Assembly: GCA_951406725.2 (NCBI GenBank)
Contig: OX597815.1
Coordinates: 145,700,001 to 145,764,000 of the forward strand
Length of the DNA: 64,000 bases
Direction of reading: 5' to 3'
From: Octopus vulgaris
Lineage: Eukaryota
Position 1 is the stretch's first letter. Every line of letters starts with the position of its first letter. The notes beneath the pieces were generated by a model. That model did not search any database. It saw only the letters and a list, made by a program, of their open reading frames with translations, and had not been told where the DNA came from. The position numbers and the translations under genes were made by a program. Shown one piece after another: positions 26,717 through 40,574 of this stretch.

Positions 26717-27660
26717 TATTATTATCATTATGGGCTCGAAGTAATGAATCAAGTCCACTTCCTTTCGAAGTTGCTGGCTTTGTGTCCAATTCAAAATTCT
26801 TCTCAGTACATGAGTCGTTCCAGTTAACACGATTTTTTGCACTTCATGTAGGGATGGTAAGCCTGGTATGATTTTCAAATAGGTTTCAGTACCTTTTTTA
26901 TCATTCCTAGAGATCCTACAATTACTGTTACTGTAGTCGCATTGAGATGCCACATTTTTTCAATTTCTATTAGCAAGTCTTTATATTTACTGATCTTGTA
27001 AAATTCTTTTGCCGCTATATTGTGATCGCAAGGAATACTCATGTCAATTAATAAACACACCTTTTTTGTCTGATCTTTTATAATAATATCCGGTTTATTA
27101 GCTTTTATAGTTTTGTCGGTATGTACGGGGAATTTCCGGAGCATCGACACATTTTCTCCCTCAGTCACAGCTTGAGGATGGTGTTTATACCATTATGTCA
27201 GCGGTTTTGATTTTATAATGCCGACATATTGTCCAGTGTAAATACTGTCATGTCTTGCTTTATATTCTACAGGTGCTAAGACTCTACACCCTGAGATTAG
27301 GTGGTCTATTGTTTCAATCTCATCGTTACAGAATCGGCATTTTGGGTCAGCTCCATTTTTTATCACATTGGCTTGGTAGTTCCTGGTTAGTAAGCTTTGG
27401 TTTTGAGCAGCTAATATGCAACCTCCACTCTCTGATTTTAGCCCTGAGCTTCGTAATCATTGATGCATGTGTTTCTGGTCGATATCAGCTTGTTTGCTAC
27501 GGGCCACATACTTGCCATGCAGAGGTTTCTGTTCCCATCAGCTAGCTAATTATTCATGTGCTTTTGTCTTTGCAATTAATTTTATTTTCTTTGCAGTAGC
27601 AGATGGCGCATTATTCTTCAACCTGATCAATCTGGTAGGTATCTAAGAGGACAGTAGCGA
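26717..27660 (-). mobile_element. R4/Dong-clade LINE, 5'-truncated, degenerate
   Basis: Zinc-knuckle-like CRFCNDEIETIDHLISGC, then restriction-like endonuclease motifs NKPDIIIKD...LIDMSIP...KYKDL...IVGSLG...LHEVQKIVLTGTTHVLRRIL. TAA-like 3' tail. Confidence 0.9.
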
Positions 27661-27661
27661 A

Positions 27662-27822
27662 TTCTTCTTCTTCTTCTTCTTCTTCTTCTTCTTCTTCTTC
27701 TTCTTCTTCTTCTTCTTCTTCTTCTTCTTCTTCTTCTTCTTCTTCTTCTTCTTCTTCTTCTTCTTCTTCTTCTTCTTCTTCTTCTTCTTCTCATAATCAT
27801 CATCATCATCATCATCATCATT
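27662..27822. repeat. (TTC)n followed by (ATC)n microsatellite
   Basis: About 43 TTC units seen directly. Confidence 0.97.
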
Positions 27823-27827
27823 AATAT

Positions 27828-28320
27828 TGAGTGAGAGAGCAGTGCATGCACTCAAAGTGACACTGGGGTAAAATATACGAAGCCCAGTATACCCATCATG
27901 ACTAGCCGTCAGATAAGGGTACACTAGGCACATGCATCACAACCATATGTGCGCGATATGGTGATCTCATATCAAGAAAAAAAGCACATGACCTTGCAGG
28001 TCCCTGAATAAGGGTTGTTTAAGGATGTTGAACGAAACACCTATGTTTCCAGAGATGAATTGTTCAAACCCACAAAATCCCTCTCAACACACGGCTATGA
28101 TGCTCCCCAACTACTTCTGCTCGTGATCAGAGATGCACACATCGTCAGCCACTAAGGGACATGCTCAATTGGTTAAGGTCAAACAACTGACAAGCAAATC
28201 TGTGGTATTGAGCAGAATATCTGCTGTAGCCCAAGACAAAACAATGTACATGATAACACTTCCAAACAGTTAAGATCAGAAGCCACGAGAGCCACTGCCT
28301 GGTACTGCATTGGGGCATTA
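27828..28320 (-). mobile_element. Family T retroposon
   Basis: Colinear with 16150-16700, with small deletions. Trinucleotide-repeat flanks. Confidence 0.85.
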
Positions 28321-28356
28321 TTATTATCATTATCATCATCATCATCATCATCATCA

Positions 28357-28398
<42 letters not shown>

Positions 28399-28399
<1 letters not shown>

Positions 28400-28610
28400 G
28401 GTGGTGAGGTAGCAGAGAACGTTAGCACGCCGGGCAAAATGCTTAGCGGTATTTCGTCTGTCTTTACGTTCTGAGGTCAAATCTCGACGAGGTCGACTTT
28501 GCTTTATATCCTTTCGGGGTCCATAAATTAAGTACAAGTTGAGTACTGGAGTCGACCTAATCGACTGGCCCCCTCCTCCAAAATTTCGGGCCTTCTTCCT
28601 AGTATAGAAA
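28399..28610 (+). mobile_element. SINE family B
   Basis: ggtggtgaggtagcagagaacgttagcacgccgggc..cctttcggggtc..aaattaagtac, embedded in (TTA)n. Confidence 0.85.
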
Positions 28611-28629
28611 ATATTATTATTACTGTTAC

Positions 28630-28681
<52 letters not shown>

Positions 28682-29047
28682 TTGTTACTATCATCATGGA
28701 TTTTAGAGGAATTACATTAAGACAAACGTGTTTGAGAAGGGGAGGCGCAACCTACAGTTTTATCATCTTCCTATATTATAAACAGCTGCATTAATGTTGA
28801 AATACTTAAAGCAATCTTCCTGCAGAAGCAGTATGATGAATAGCTTTAACATAGAGAAGGAAACTTCATCTGCGCAACAGGTGAAGTTTTAACTACTTCG
28901 TACACAGCGATAAAAGTTGAAATACAAGGGAGAATACTGTGTATGTTAGAGTGAGGTCAGTTAATACTATGTAGCAATAATATGGATGGTTATGATAGCA
29001 ATGACGAAGGTGTCGATGTTTTATCTGTCTGTCTGTCTGTTTGTCTG

Positions 29048-29128
<81 letters not shown>

Positions 29129-29316
29129 TTTTCTTTCTTTCTTACATACATACATACACACACACACACACATATATATATATATGTATACATATATATA
29201 TATATATATATATACACATAATATATATATATACAATATAAATAATATATATATATATATGTACACAATATAAATAATATATATATGTGTGTGTGTGTGT
29301 GTATGTGTGTGTGTTG

Positions 29317-29520
29317 TAAATCCCCACAAGAAGAACAAACACAAAAAACAACGCGAGGACGTGGTAGATGTAAAGTATTAGCATACGCTCAGGGAGGGAA
29401 AGAAAGATGGTTTTAACGTTTCGAGCAGACGCTCCTCTTCGGAAACAGAGGAAAGTCCAGTAGAAGGGAAGACGGGGGAAGAAAATCACCAACGATTTCC
29501 CATGTGGTTACATTTTGATA
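29317..29520 (-). mobile_element. ~200-bp hammerhead-bearing element (same family as 50095-50285)
   Basis: Shares caacgcgagga.gtgg, acgctcagg, tttaacgtttcgagc and cggaaaca blocks with the 50.1-kb copy. Inserted in a TA/TG microsatellite. Confidence 0.75.
29410..29446 (-). ncRNA. Minimal hammerhead-like motif, CCGAAGA core variant
   Basis: gttt CCGAAGA g gagc gtct gctc GAAAC GTT a aaac. Confidence 0.62.
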
Positions 29521-29540
29521 TATATATATATATATATATA

Positions 29541-29629
<89 letters not shown>

Positions 29630-30078
29630 ATATGTGTTTTTTTCGTTGTCCGAAAAAAAGTTCGTTTCTATGTTTTTGTTTTTCTGCTTTCGTTTCTCAT
29701 TGTGTTCAATGTTTTTTGATGTCCTGTACCCATATATGCATGTATATATACATATATATGTAGGTATGTGGATATATGTATATATATATGCATATATTTA
29801 TATATTATCTATATTATATATATATATATGGGTACAGGACGCCACCGACTGTCTTAAAAACATGAAATACGAAAACAAACGAGTTAAATATGCAAGCAAC
29901 GAGAGCAAAATTGACAACAGGAAAAGTAAACACAGAAAACGACCCTTAATCAGTTGTCTATCTACTCCTCATTTCGAGCATTCAACTACCATTCTAGAGT
30001 TCAAAGACAGTTGCTCCCATAAATTACTAAATCTTTCTTATGACATAACGATTCGGTCAGCATCCATTTCCAAGTAAG

Positions 30079-30122
<44 letters not shown>

Positions 30123-30123
<1 letters not shown>

Positions 30124-31317
30124 TGGGACCCTGGAAGGTCTTATACCCAGGCAATCTAGACACCCCACACATTCATTTAACACTAAGTCAAAAACGAAAG
30201 CTAATATCAAGAGGCCTCGCCACCCCATACCTTCTCCAAAAATATGGATACCACTCCTTTATCTAAAACCTTAGATAGCACTGCTCCCAGACCACCTTAA
30301 AAAGCGGCAGACGCTCTATTCTCTGGTACACCCTTCCATTCTAACTTAACGTCAAAAACTTAGCTAAATTTTTCTTTAAAATACTAGACTCTAACTTCCC
30401 TCGGCAACATAAATATCATTCTATCTTTAATCGATCCACCCAGAAACTATCTTATTCTACCTCATCCAACATCGAATCTGTTGTAGCAGCCTCTAATAAG
30501 CAAAAGCTTTCTCTTTACTATCAAAACTCACATAACTACAACTCTAATCATACGAACACTCAACACACACACACGGCTCCAGCACAGAGACCCTTACATT
30601 AGACCACAACCACAATCCAACCAATCCTACTGACACTACCCGGAACACCAACACAATCTCTACCACCCTTACAAATAGTACAATTAATAACAACAATATT
30701 ATTAATAGCAATGATGGTAATGATAACGTTAATAATACGAATAATATAGAATCTTCTACCCGCTTCTCTAACTTCTCCTCCGACGATATTACCTCCTGCA
30801 TTCCTGAACACTGTCCCCAAAATTCACCTAATTGTAATTGCCGTCCTGGAACCATCTGACCGTTACAACCCCATTGCAGAAGATATAATGTAGTTTGCAA
30901 ATGCACTGTCCTTAATCTATTACACAATTCTACAGCCTTATACATAAGATAAACCAAAAATTTTAAGCAACGATATGCCGCTCACCTCCATTCTTTTAGA
31001 AACAATAAACAGTAATTCTACAACACTCGCCAACCACATACATCATCTCAAAAATGCAAATATACCCTATATTCTATCATGGTCTATACTGGATTCAGGG
31101 CTTCCCTACCGAGGTCAACGCTCAACCTGCAAACCTTGCTTGAAGGATGCAATTCACATATTAAAGTACAACTCTCCAGCATTGTTAAATAAACATAATG
31201 AGGCACTAAGCACATGCAACCACCGCTTTTTCACACATTCAAATTCTACCATAAATCTAAATGCCTAAACGACCATACAGTATATTTCCACGATACCACT
31301 TAGGTAAAACCCAATAA

Positions 31318-31367
<50 letters not shown>

Positions 31368-32450
31368 CTGCATTTTAACGCATTTTATCTCTAATTCCTC
31401 ACTCATACTCGAATATCACAACCATCTAATTATATTCGTGTATATACGCGTGCGTGCATATGTGCGTGTATATGTATGTGCTTGTGTATGCGTGTATGTA
31501 TGTGTGTATGTGTGAATGTATGCATGTATGCAAGGTATTCATACCTACGTGTACATGGGCGATAACACATACAGATACACGTATATATGGGTGTGCATGT
31601 GTACATGTACATACGAGTATGAGTTGTATATGTAGATATTGATATGTATAAACATCTGTAAAATATATATATAGAATGTCTAATATATACATATGTATAC
31701 ATCTTCACATATATATTTTCTACTACTACTAAGCAGTGACCTGTCCAAACACTTAATCTATATTCCTAAATGTTTCATTCCATACTACTACCCCTCTCTC
31801 TGTCCCATCACTTAGACTCTATCACTACATAACTGACACTCCTTTACGTTTTACATTTTTATACCTCTCTCTATCACCCCCATTCCTTCTATCTTTTTAT
31901 ACTCTAATACCTTTCTCTCTCTATCACGCTCTTCTCCCCATTTCTACTTTCAAATTATCTTGACTGACCAATAACTGGTACACTTTCCCTTATTATCTCT
32001 CTCCTTGTTTTTCTATTTTCTTTTTTCTTTATTCCTCTCTTCCTCTTTTTTCTTCTTTTTCCTTCTTTTTTCTTTCCTTTTTTCTCTTTTCTTCTCTTTT
32101 CAATATTCCTATCTTCCTGTTTTCGATTTGACCTTACAAATACATTCCCTACTTTTAGGTCACTTTAAATAAAACCCTTTACTCACAAGGTATTGGAATC
32201 TTATATGTATACAATTCTGCCTAAATAATGGATCTACATATGCAATATCCCTGCATATCTCACGTCTATTTCATTCCTCCACTTCACTCTCTATTTCGTA
32301 TCTTATCTAAATTAACTATTGCTGAACCATTTTCTCACACCATCTCCGATGAAGGGGTAAAATAAATATCCTGGAAACAGCTGTAAGATCTTCTATTAAT
32401 AACTGTTCTAAAATCTTCACAGCCTTGGTTTCTTTATCGCATTCTGAAAA
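30123..32450 (+). mobile_element. Penelope-like element relic (Hydra-type C-terminus with GIY-YIG endonuclease) plus long 3' region
   Basis: Broken frame RRSILWYTLPF..FFFKILDSNFPRQHKYHSIFNRSTQKLSYS...CNCRPGTI*PLQPHC...NFKQRYAAHLHSFRN(fs)STTLANHIHHLK..WSILD..CKPCLKDAIHIL..LLNKHNE..CNHR. Hammerhead at 32342. Confidence 0.85.
32342..32389 (+). ncRNA. Minimal type I hammerhead motif with palindromic stem-III loop, CCGATGA core variant
   Basis: atct CCGATGA agggg taaaataaata tcctg GAAAC agct GTA agat. Stem I atct/agat, AGCT palindromic loop, GUA triplet. Confidence 0.72.
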
Positions 32451-33213
32451 GATATATATATATATCATATTTGCGCATAGACATTAAATAACTAATTGCA
32501 CATATATATTATAATGATATGCGCAAGCATTATCTGTCTCCATATATTTGTGCACATAGACACACACACGCGCACACACATATGCACGTGCTCTTGCGCA
32601 TCCGCGCATATACGCGCATACATACGTGTATACAATCACACAAATATAAACCATTGAATTATGTTTATATGTATGTGTATGTGTGCGTGTGTATATATAT
32701 GTGTGTGTGTATATATATATGCATATATATATATATATATATATACATATATGCATATATATACATGTATGTATATATATATATGTGTGTGTGTGTGTGC
32801 ATATGAATATTCATATATATATATATATGTATATACATACGCACATGCACACACATATTTATATATACCGACATACACAAATACATACGCGTTAATATAT
32901 TTATTATATCAAAAGTTGACAGTTTACTCCAAGTTTCGCCCGTGGCTGTTCATGACAATAAATTCTAATTGAGTCACTCTATTTTTATTTAGGATCTACA
33001 ATGACATTTAAAGCACTACCCACATGCATCTTCTGTCCACGTAGAGAATTAGCCAAGGGTGAAACATAGAGTAGGTTGTCAGGCATCTGATACAATAATT
33101 ATATCTCTCCACTGGATCCATTATATTGAGTTCTATGTCAGTTAATGATTGTACTGTGCAAAATATTTTATATAAAATTTGCAAATCTTACATTGGCGAT
33201 ACTTTTATATCCG

Positions 33214-33304
<91 letters not shown>

Positions 33305-33368
33305 GCCTCTTTTTGTCTCTCTGCCTGTCTCTGTCTGTCTGTCTGCTATCTGTCTGTCTCTCTCTCTC

Positions 33369-33411
<43 letters not shown>

Positions 33412-33545
33412 TTATAAATCTATATACGCAATAATAGATACATACATACACACTTGTACTCATAATTATATGCACTACACCAGTTCACACTCACATACAC
33501 ACACGCATACACGCACACACATACATACATACATACATACATACA

Positions 33546-33581
<36 letters not shown>

Positions 33582-34881
33582 TATATAGATATAGATAGAT
33601 AGATAGATAGATAGATATATATAGATATATGCATATACGCTTACATAAACGCGTACTAGCAAAGCTAAACACGTACACAGTCGTTTCATTTATGTGTATA
33701 AAAGTATATCATCACATACATTTGCACACATAATTACACTCTTCCTTACACACATACACACATGCACATATACGCACACATGCACATACACACACGCACA
33801 TATAGGCACGCACACGCACTTGCACACACATATACACAAACGCACATGCACACAAATATACACAAGCACACGCACATACACACATATTCACCCGCACATA
33901 CGCATACAAACGCAGATATACACACACAAGCTCACATGCGCATACACATACCCACGCACTTGCCTTTGCCGATATGCCTAAACACGTATAAGCTACATTT
34001 AACTATTTACACGCAACCAGACGTGTATACGCTAAAGTAAAAAGCATAGAAAAACGTCAAATAACACATAAAAATTTACATATAAAAATATTTTTAAAAA
34101 TCTGAAACAATTTATTAAAAACTATAAATAATATAAAAAATATAGACTTCATGAGAAGCAGGTGAAAAGAAAAAATCATTAGAAGCAAAAAAACCGGAAG
34201 AAAAAAATATGATGAAGAAATGTGGGGGGAAATAAACTGGTGTAGTAAAAGGGAAAGGGAGAGGCAGTCGAGAGTAAGAAGAGAATGAGTATGTGGGAGA
34301 GAGGGGGAGTTGAGTGTATTTCTTAATCTTGAGGGCACTGATAGTGAGCAACTGTGTGACGTGGGAAAGATACAGTGGGTGGAGAGAGAGCGAGAGAGAG
34401 AGAAGTGTTAATGTAGAGGAATTGAGAGGAGTTAGAGGGAGAGGTGAAGAGTAGTTAGAAGCAGAGGTAAGAGGAGTGTGAGAAGGCTGTGAGGTGGACG
34501 AGGTTGATTAGTCTATGTGTGTGTGTGTATGTGGATGCATTGAGTATTTCAGAAGTTTCGAAAAATATTTGGTTGTATCGTTGGGGGAAGGTATTATAAT
34601 TGTGATATGTTAGAAAGTATAAGATTGGACAGGTGAGGGGGAAGGAGGACAAGAAATGACAGAGGTTAAAGAAAAGCAGAAAACAAAAAAAAAAAAAACT
34701 GAAGCTGAAAAATAGCAGAAAAATGCTAATAAGATGGGAGGAAATTAAAGCAGGATAGCGACATCCATGGTACATGATGAGAGATCAGAAACGTGATTAA
34801 GGAACGTTATGTATGATAACATATATGAAATAAAAATAATTTGTATTACTTCAATATTACAAGCATGTAAATACATGCTTC

Positions 34882-35018
<137 letters not shown>

Positions 35019-35169
35019 TGTATATATATACATATATACATATATGTATATATGCATATACATCTAAACATTCATTATCTATCTATATACTTATGCGCAT
35101 ACATACATACACACATACACACATATATATATATATGCATATATATGTATGTATAAATACTTTCTTTGA

Positions 35170-35554
35170 CTTTCTATTACTTGTTTCAGTCATTTGACTG
35201 CGGCCATGCTGGAGTAACACCTTTTAGTCGAGCAAATCGACCCCAGGACTTGTTTTTTGTAAGCCTAGTACTTATTCTATCGGTTTCTTTTTGCCGAAAC
35301 GCTAAGTTACGGGGACGTAAACACACCACCATTGATTGTAAAGTGATGTTGTGGGACAAACACACAAACGCAAACACACAGGCACACACATGCATATATA
35401 TACGACGGGCTTCTTTTAGTTTCCGTCTACCGAACACACTCACAAGGCTTTGATCGACCTGACGCTATAGTAGAATACACTTGCCCAAGGTACCACGCAG
35501 TGGGACTGAACCCGGAAGCATGTGGTTGGTGAGCAAGCTACTAGCCCCGCCTGC
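35170..35554 (-). mobile_element. SINE family A
   Basis: Full-length reverse copy of the family A sequence. Confidence 0.9.
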
Positions 35555-35564
35555 GAACATATAC

Positions 35565-35624
<60 letters not shown>

Positions 35625-35625
<1 letters not shown>

Positions 35626-36032
35626 GTGAGAGAGCAGTACATGCCATCAAAATGACTCTGGGGTAAAATATACGAAGCCCAGTATACCCATCATGACTAC
35701 ACGTCTGATATGGGTACACTAGGCACATGCATCACAACCATATGTGCGTGACATGGTGATCTCATATCAAAATAAACATAAACAGCACATGACCTTGCAG
35801 GTGGGGATCACTTAGAATTTTCTTCTGGTCGAGTAACCCATCCCGCTCAAAAGGTCTCTGAATAAGGATTGTTTAATGATGTTGAACGAAACACCCATGT
35901 TTCCAGAGGTGAATTATTAAAACCCCAAAGAATCCCTCTCAACACATGGCTATGATGCTCCCCCAATACTTCTGCTCGTGATCAGAGATGCACATATCGC
36001 CAGCCTCTCTCAACTGGTTAAGGTCAAACAAT
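35625..36032 (-). mobile_element. Family T retroposon, partial
   Basis: Colinear with 16150-16550 and adjacent to (TTA)n. Confidence 0.85.
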
Positions 36033-36244
36033 TGGGTAGCCGTTTGAATTACAGGTACAGCTCTTTTTTGCTAGCTGAGTGAACTGGACCGACGCGACGG
36101 GAAAAATGTGTCTTGGTCAGGGACACAACGTACCTCTGGGAATGGAACACACGCCCTTTCTACCGTGAACCGAATATTCTAACCACTGAGCCACGTTCTG
36201 TTGCACTTTATGAGTCAAATATTTACAAAAAGTAGGCGCATATT

Positions 36245-36483
36245 CTTTTACTTGTTCCAGTCATCTGATTGCAGCCATGCTTGAGCACCACCTTAAAGGT
36301 TGGTGTTAGTCGAAGAAATCAACTCCAAGACTTATTCTTTGTAAGCCTAGTACTTATTCTATCGGTTTCTCTTGCCGAAACGCTAAATTACGGCGACATA
36401 AACACACAGGCATCAGTTGTCAAGCGATGGTAGAGGTACAAACACACATACACACATACATACACACGCACACACGCATGCAC

Positions 36484-36520
<37 letters not shown>

Positions 36521-36621
36521 CACACACATACACACACACATTCATCAATATATAGAAGCTGCCACGCAGTGGGACTGAACCCTGAAATATGTGGTTGGGA
36601 AGCAAGCTTCTTACCACACAG

Positions 36622-36622
<1 letters not shown>
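36245..36622 (-). mobile_element. SINE family A with internal deletion
   Basis: Tail and head blocks present, central block missing. Confidence 0.8.
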
Positions 36623-36719
<97 letters not shown>

Positions 36720-36964
36720 GCCTGTCTGCCTGCCTGCCTGCCTGTCTGTCTGTCTTGTGTATATAAAGTGAAAACTAAAAAGGACAACGTAGGAGAGACA
36801 AGATTTAAAAATAGAAGACTAACGCTTTAATCGAAAGAAAAGGTCTCAAAGTTTTGCTCGTCATTCTTTCATCCGAAGAAAGAAGAGTTGACAGTAAGAG
36901 AACACGTCAAGAAAGACTAAGAAACGAAGTGGGAATGCTGTTCTATTAGGATATTCTTTTCTTC

Positions 36965-37346
36965 TTTTATTTGTTTTAGTCATTTGACTGCAGCATGCCG
37001 GAGCACAGCTTTTAGTCGAGAAAATCGATCTAGGACTTATTCGTTGTAAGCCTAGTAGTTATTCTATCGACCTCTCTCGCCGAACCACTAAGTTACGGGG
37101 ACGTAAATACACCAGTGTCGGTTGTCAAGCGATGTTGGGCGGACAAATGCAGACAAACAAACATACACACACACACATATATATATACGAAGGGCTTCTT
37201 TCAGTTTCCGCCTGCCAAATCTACTCAGAAGGCTGGGGTCGACTCGAGGCTATAGTAGAAGACACTTGCCCAAGGTGCCACGCAGTGGGACTGAACCCGG
37301 AACTATGCTTTTGGTACGCAGGCTTCTTCCCACACAGCCACTCCTG
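36965..37346 (-). mobile_element. SINE family A
   Basis: Full-length reverse copy. Confidence 0.9.
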
Positions 37347-37521
37347 TATGTATTTGTGAATGTGTGGGCATTCACTCACACCACAAAAAGTAAATATAAC
37401 AATATTTTAAAAGTTTTAATGATTTTATATTGATGCGGGTATAGCAGATGAAGACTTAAGTATCATTGATTTCTTTTATGCTATCCAAATGCATAAACCA
37501 TTGTATTACTTCAAAAAGTAT

Positions 37522-38450
37522 ATTTTTAATGTTGTTAATATAACAAGCAATCTAGGGACGTTACGCACTCATACACAGGCACAAGCACAAACATAAACAC
37601 ATGCAGGTACATACACATACCTGTAAATACATACTTTCGTTGATGAAAGATGCTTGTCCGAAATGCTAGCCTTTTAATGTTGTTAATATAACACGCCATC
37701 TAGTGACGTTACGCAATCACACACACACGCAGGTACATACAAATACCTGTAAATATATCCACTCGTTGATGAAAGATGTTTGTGCGAAACGTCGGCTTTT
37801 TAATGTTGTTAATATAACACGCCATCTAGTGACGTTACGCACTCATACACACACACAATCACACATATACACGCACGCAGGTACATTCATATACCTGTAA
37901 ATACATACTCTCGTTGATGAAAGTTGGTTGTCCGAAACATAAGCTTTTTAATGGTGTTAATATAACACGCAAACCATATACACACAAGCACACACATAAC
38001 ACGCATCCATATACACACAAGCACACACATACACACACGCAGGTACATATACACAATGGTGGACTGGCCAGCTTGCCAACTTGCTCGATGGCAAGTGGGC
38101 CACTGCGGCATTGGAATCCATATATGGGGCCCATGTTAGTATGTAAGGGCCCCATTCCCTCAAGTTTGAGAATTTTTTATTCACTCCCGGAAGACTGCAT
38201 TATTTCAGCATGTCCATATTTATAGACAGTCGAAAAGAATACTTTTAACAAAAAAAAATTAAATTAAATGATAGCATTGTTGGTACGGGTGGGCCCCATT
38301 GTGGTTGCCGATGGCCCCCCTTGTAGTTGCGGGGGCTCCCTAAGTTTCCTGGCAACCAATATTTTTAGACCAAGTCCGCCACTGCATACACATACTTATA
38401 AATACATACTCGTGTTGATGAAAGATTATTATCCGAAACGTAAGCTTACT
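37522..38450 (+). repeat. Tandem array of four ~125-150 bp units, each ending in a hammerhead-like core
   Basis: Unit: ttttaatgttgttaatataacacgccatctagtgacgttacgca-(CA)n-gcaggta..tacctgt-aaatacatact-cgTTGATGA-13nt-GAAA. Cores at 37640, 37766, 37914 and 38415. Confidence 0.85.
38054..38384. mobile_element. hAT-type MITE inserted in the fourth tandem unit
   Basis: TIRs caatggtggact / agtccgccactg. 8-bp TSD catataca / catacaca. Internal gggccc motifs. Confidence 0.8.
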
Positions 38451-39180
38451 TCATAGAACTCTTGTATTGACTCGTATGTATTAATGTCTTCAAACGCAAT
38501 CACCAGTATATACACACACTGCCTATTTCACCGTTTCATCATATTAGTAAATTCGATATTTCTGATAGTGACCTATATATATATATATATATATATCACA
38601 TACTATTCTCTTCTGAAAACAATCTCGCGTAGAATCTTATATAATTATACGGAGAATCAAATCATGTTATAAAAACTACATATCACCCAAAATTGTTTAA
38701 AACCTTGCAATGTCTATAAAGAGATTCTAGTGATTCGGAGAAGCAGCATTTACTTATATCGCTTTCTACGTGCTTCGCTGCACGTTTCTTACTTCTTGTT
38801 CCGGTATTTCACGTTGTCTTGCTGTTTGAAATTTCCTGTCTTTGTCACACCTGTTAAGAAAGTCCATAACAACAACGCTTGGTGGATGTGTTTCTTTAAT
38901 TACTTTGTAATGTTTATTTTAATATATTTCTTTCTTTTTACCTTTTCTAATGCTCTGGACAGTTTATATACCACATTCTTCCGTTGTTGATTTTTGTGTC
39001 CGGCTTGTCTGATTTTTCTCTCTCTCACTCTGTCTCTGTCTCTGTCTCTGTCTCTGTTCTTTTTCCTGTCTCTTAGCATCTCTCTCTCTCTTTCTCTCTA
39101 CATCCTCATTCTCTCATCAGACTGTACGTGTTCGACATTTGAATTTGATAAACGGAATTGTAAAATGGATCTGGTTTATG

Positions 39181-39203
39181 TACTACTAGCTCTACTACTA
39201 CTA

Positions 39204-39294
<91 letters not shown>

Positions 39295-39353
39295 TACTAC
39301 TACTACTGCTGCTGCTGCTACTACTACTACTACTACTAGCACCACCACCACCA

Positions 39354-39404
<51 letters not shown>

Positions 39405-39405
39405 A
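39181..39405. repeat. (CTA)n/(CTG)n compound microsatellite
   Basis: Seen directly. Confidence 0.95.
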
Positions 39406-39852
39406 ACACGAGCAGACACTGATATTCAAAAAGTCATACAGGGAAGTTACATAGGTTTGGTTTTCATATTCAACATAATATTAATGACACAATATTAAGA
39501 GATTAAACCAGAAACATATGTTTCATTCCTTCTATCGACAAGCAATATTTAAACAGTAAACTATTCCGTTGCCTTAATTTTACATATAATTTACTTAATT
39601 TATAATTATCGTTATATTTCGGGATGATATTTTTTTCCTGTCTGGCAAATAAACACATGCACTGTACACTCGCTCATCACCCGATTATTATTGTTCTTAT
39701 TTTATCGAATGTCCATTGTCTGGAAATCTTTCGCCACACATCTGTGATCTTTTCATCGACCTTTTGCATCCACCCGTATCCTCCTGCCCCGCCTAGTTCT
39801 ATCTGTCCTTCAATGATGTGATTTATAATTAGTAATTATTTTATTGCTTGTA

Positions 39853-40060
39853 AAGTGGCGAGCAGGCAGAATCGTTAACGCGGGGGACAAAGAGTGCTTC
39901 ACCATATTTTTTCCTGTTCTTTTTATGTTGTAAGTTCAGAAACCATCGAAGCCGAATTTGCTTTCCAACGTTTTGGGATCGATAAATTAAGCACCAGTTA
40001 AGTTCTCTGAGGTCAATGTAATGGACTTAACTCTCTCACCAGAATTACAGGCCTTGTAAA
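39853..40060 (+). mobile_element. SINE family B, degenerate
   Basis: gtggcgagcaggcagaatcgtta..gatcgataaattaagcaccagtt. Confidence 0.7.
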
Positions 40061-40255
40061 CAAAAACGATGTATCAAATTTAGATTGATTTGTGATTCCA
40101 TAATTGTAATTTCACAGTGCTTTGATTGTATATTTATGGCTTCATCAAGGGACAAAGAAGATTACTCATAGCTTTTCATTCTTTTCTACTCTAGGCACAA
40201 GGCCCTGGAAATTTGGGGAAGGGGGCCAGTCGATTAGACTGACCTCAGTACGCAA

Positions 40256-40355
40256 NNNNNNNNNNNNNNNNNNNNNNNNNNNNNNNNNNNNNNNNNNNNN
40301 NNNNNNNNNNNNNNNNNNNNNNNNNNNNNNNNNNNNNNNNNNNNNNNNNNNNNNN
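40256..40355. other. Assembly gap (100 N)
   Basis: Run of N. True size unknown. Confidence 0.99.
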
Positions 40356-40574
40356 CATTTCATAATTATAATAACCTACATTTGAATTATTGTTATTTAT
40401 TCCGATACAAAACGATTTTTCCTATCAGATAGTTTGTAGTTATAATCCCCTTAAAATCGGTGAACATTGAAGCAAAGAAGGTGACACCCTTCGGTAATAA
40501 ATTACCGTAAAATTGCGCCTAGAAAGTTTCCCTTTAAAGCACAAGTCCGGGAAAAGATTTTATGGAAATTCGAA

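Noticed and set aside
37522-38450. CRISPR-like repeat/spacer appearance
   Set aside because: Eukaryotic context, no cas genes, and the variable parts are CA microsatellites within homologous tandem units, not unique spacers.
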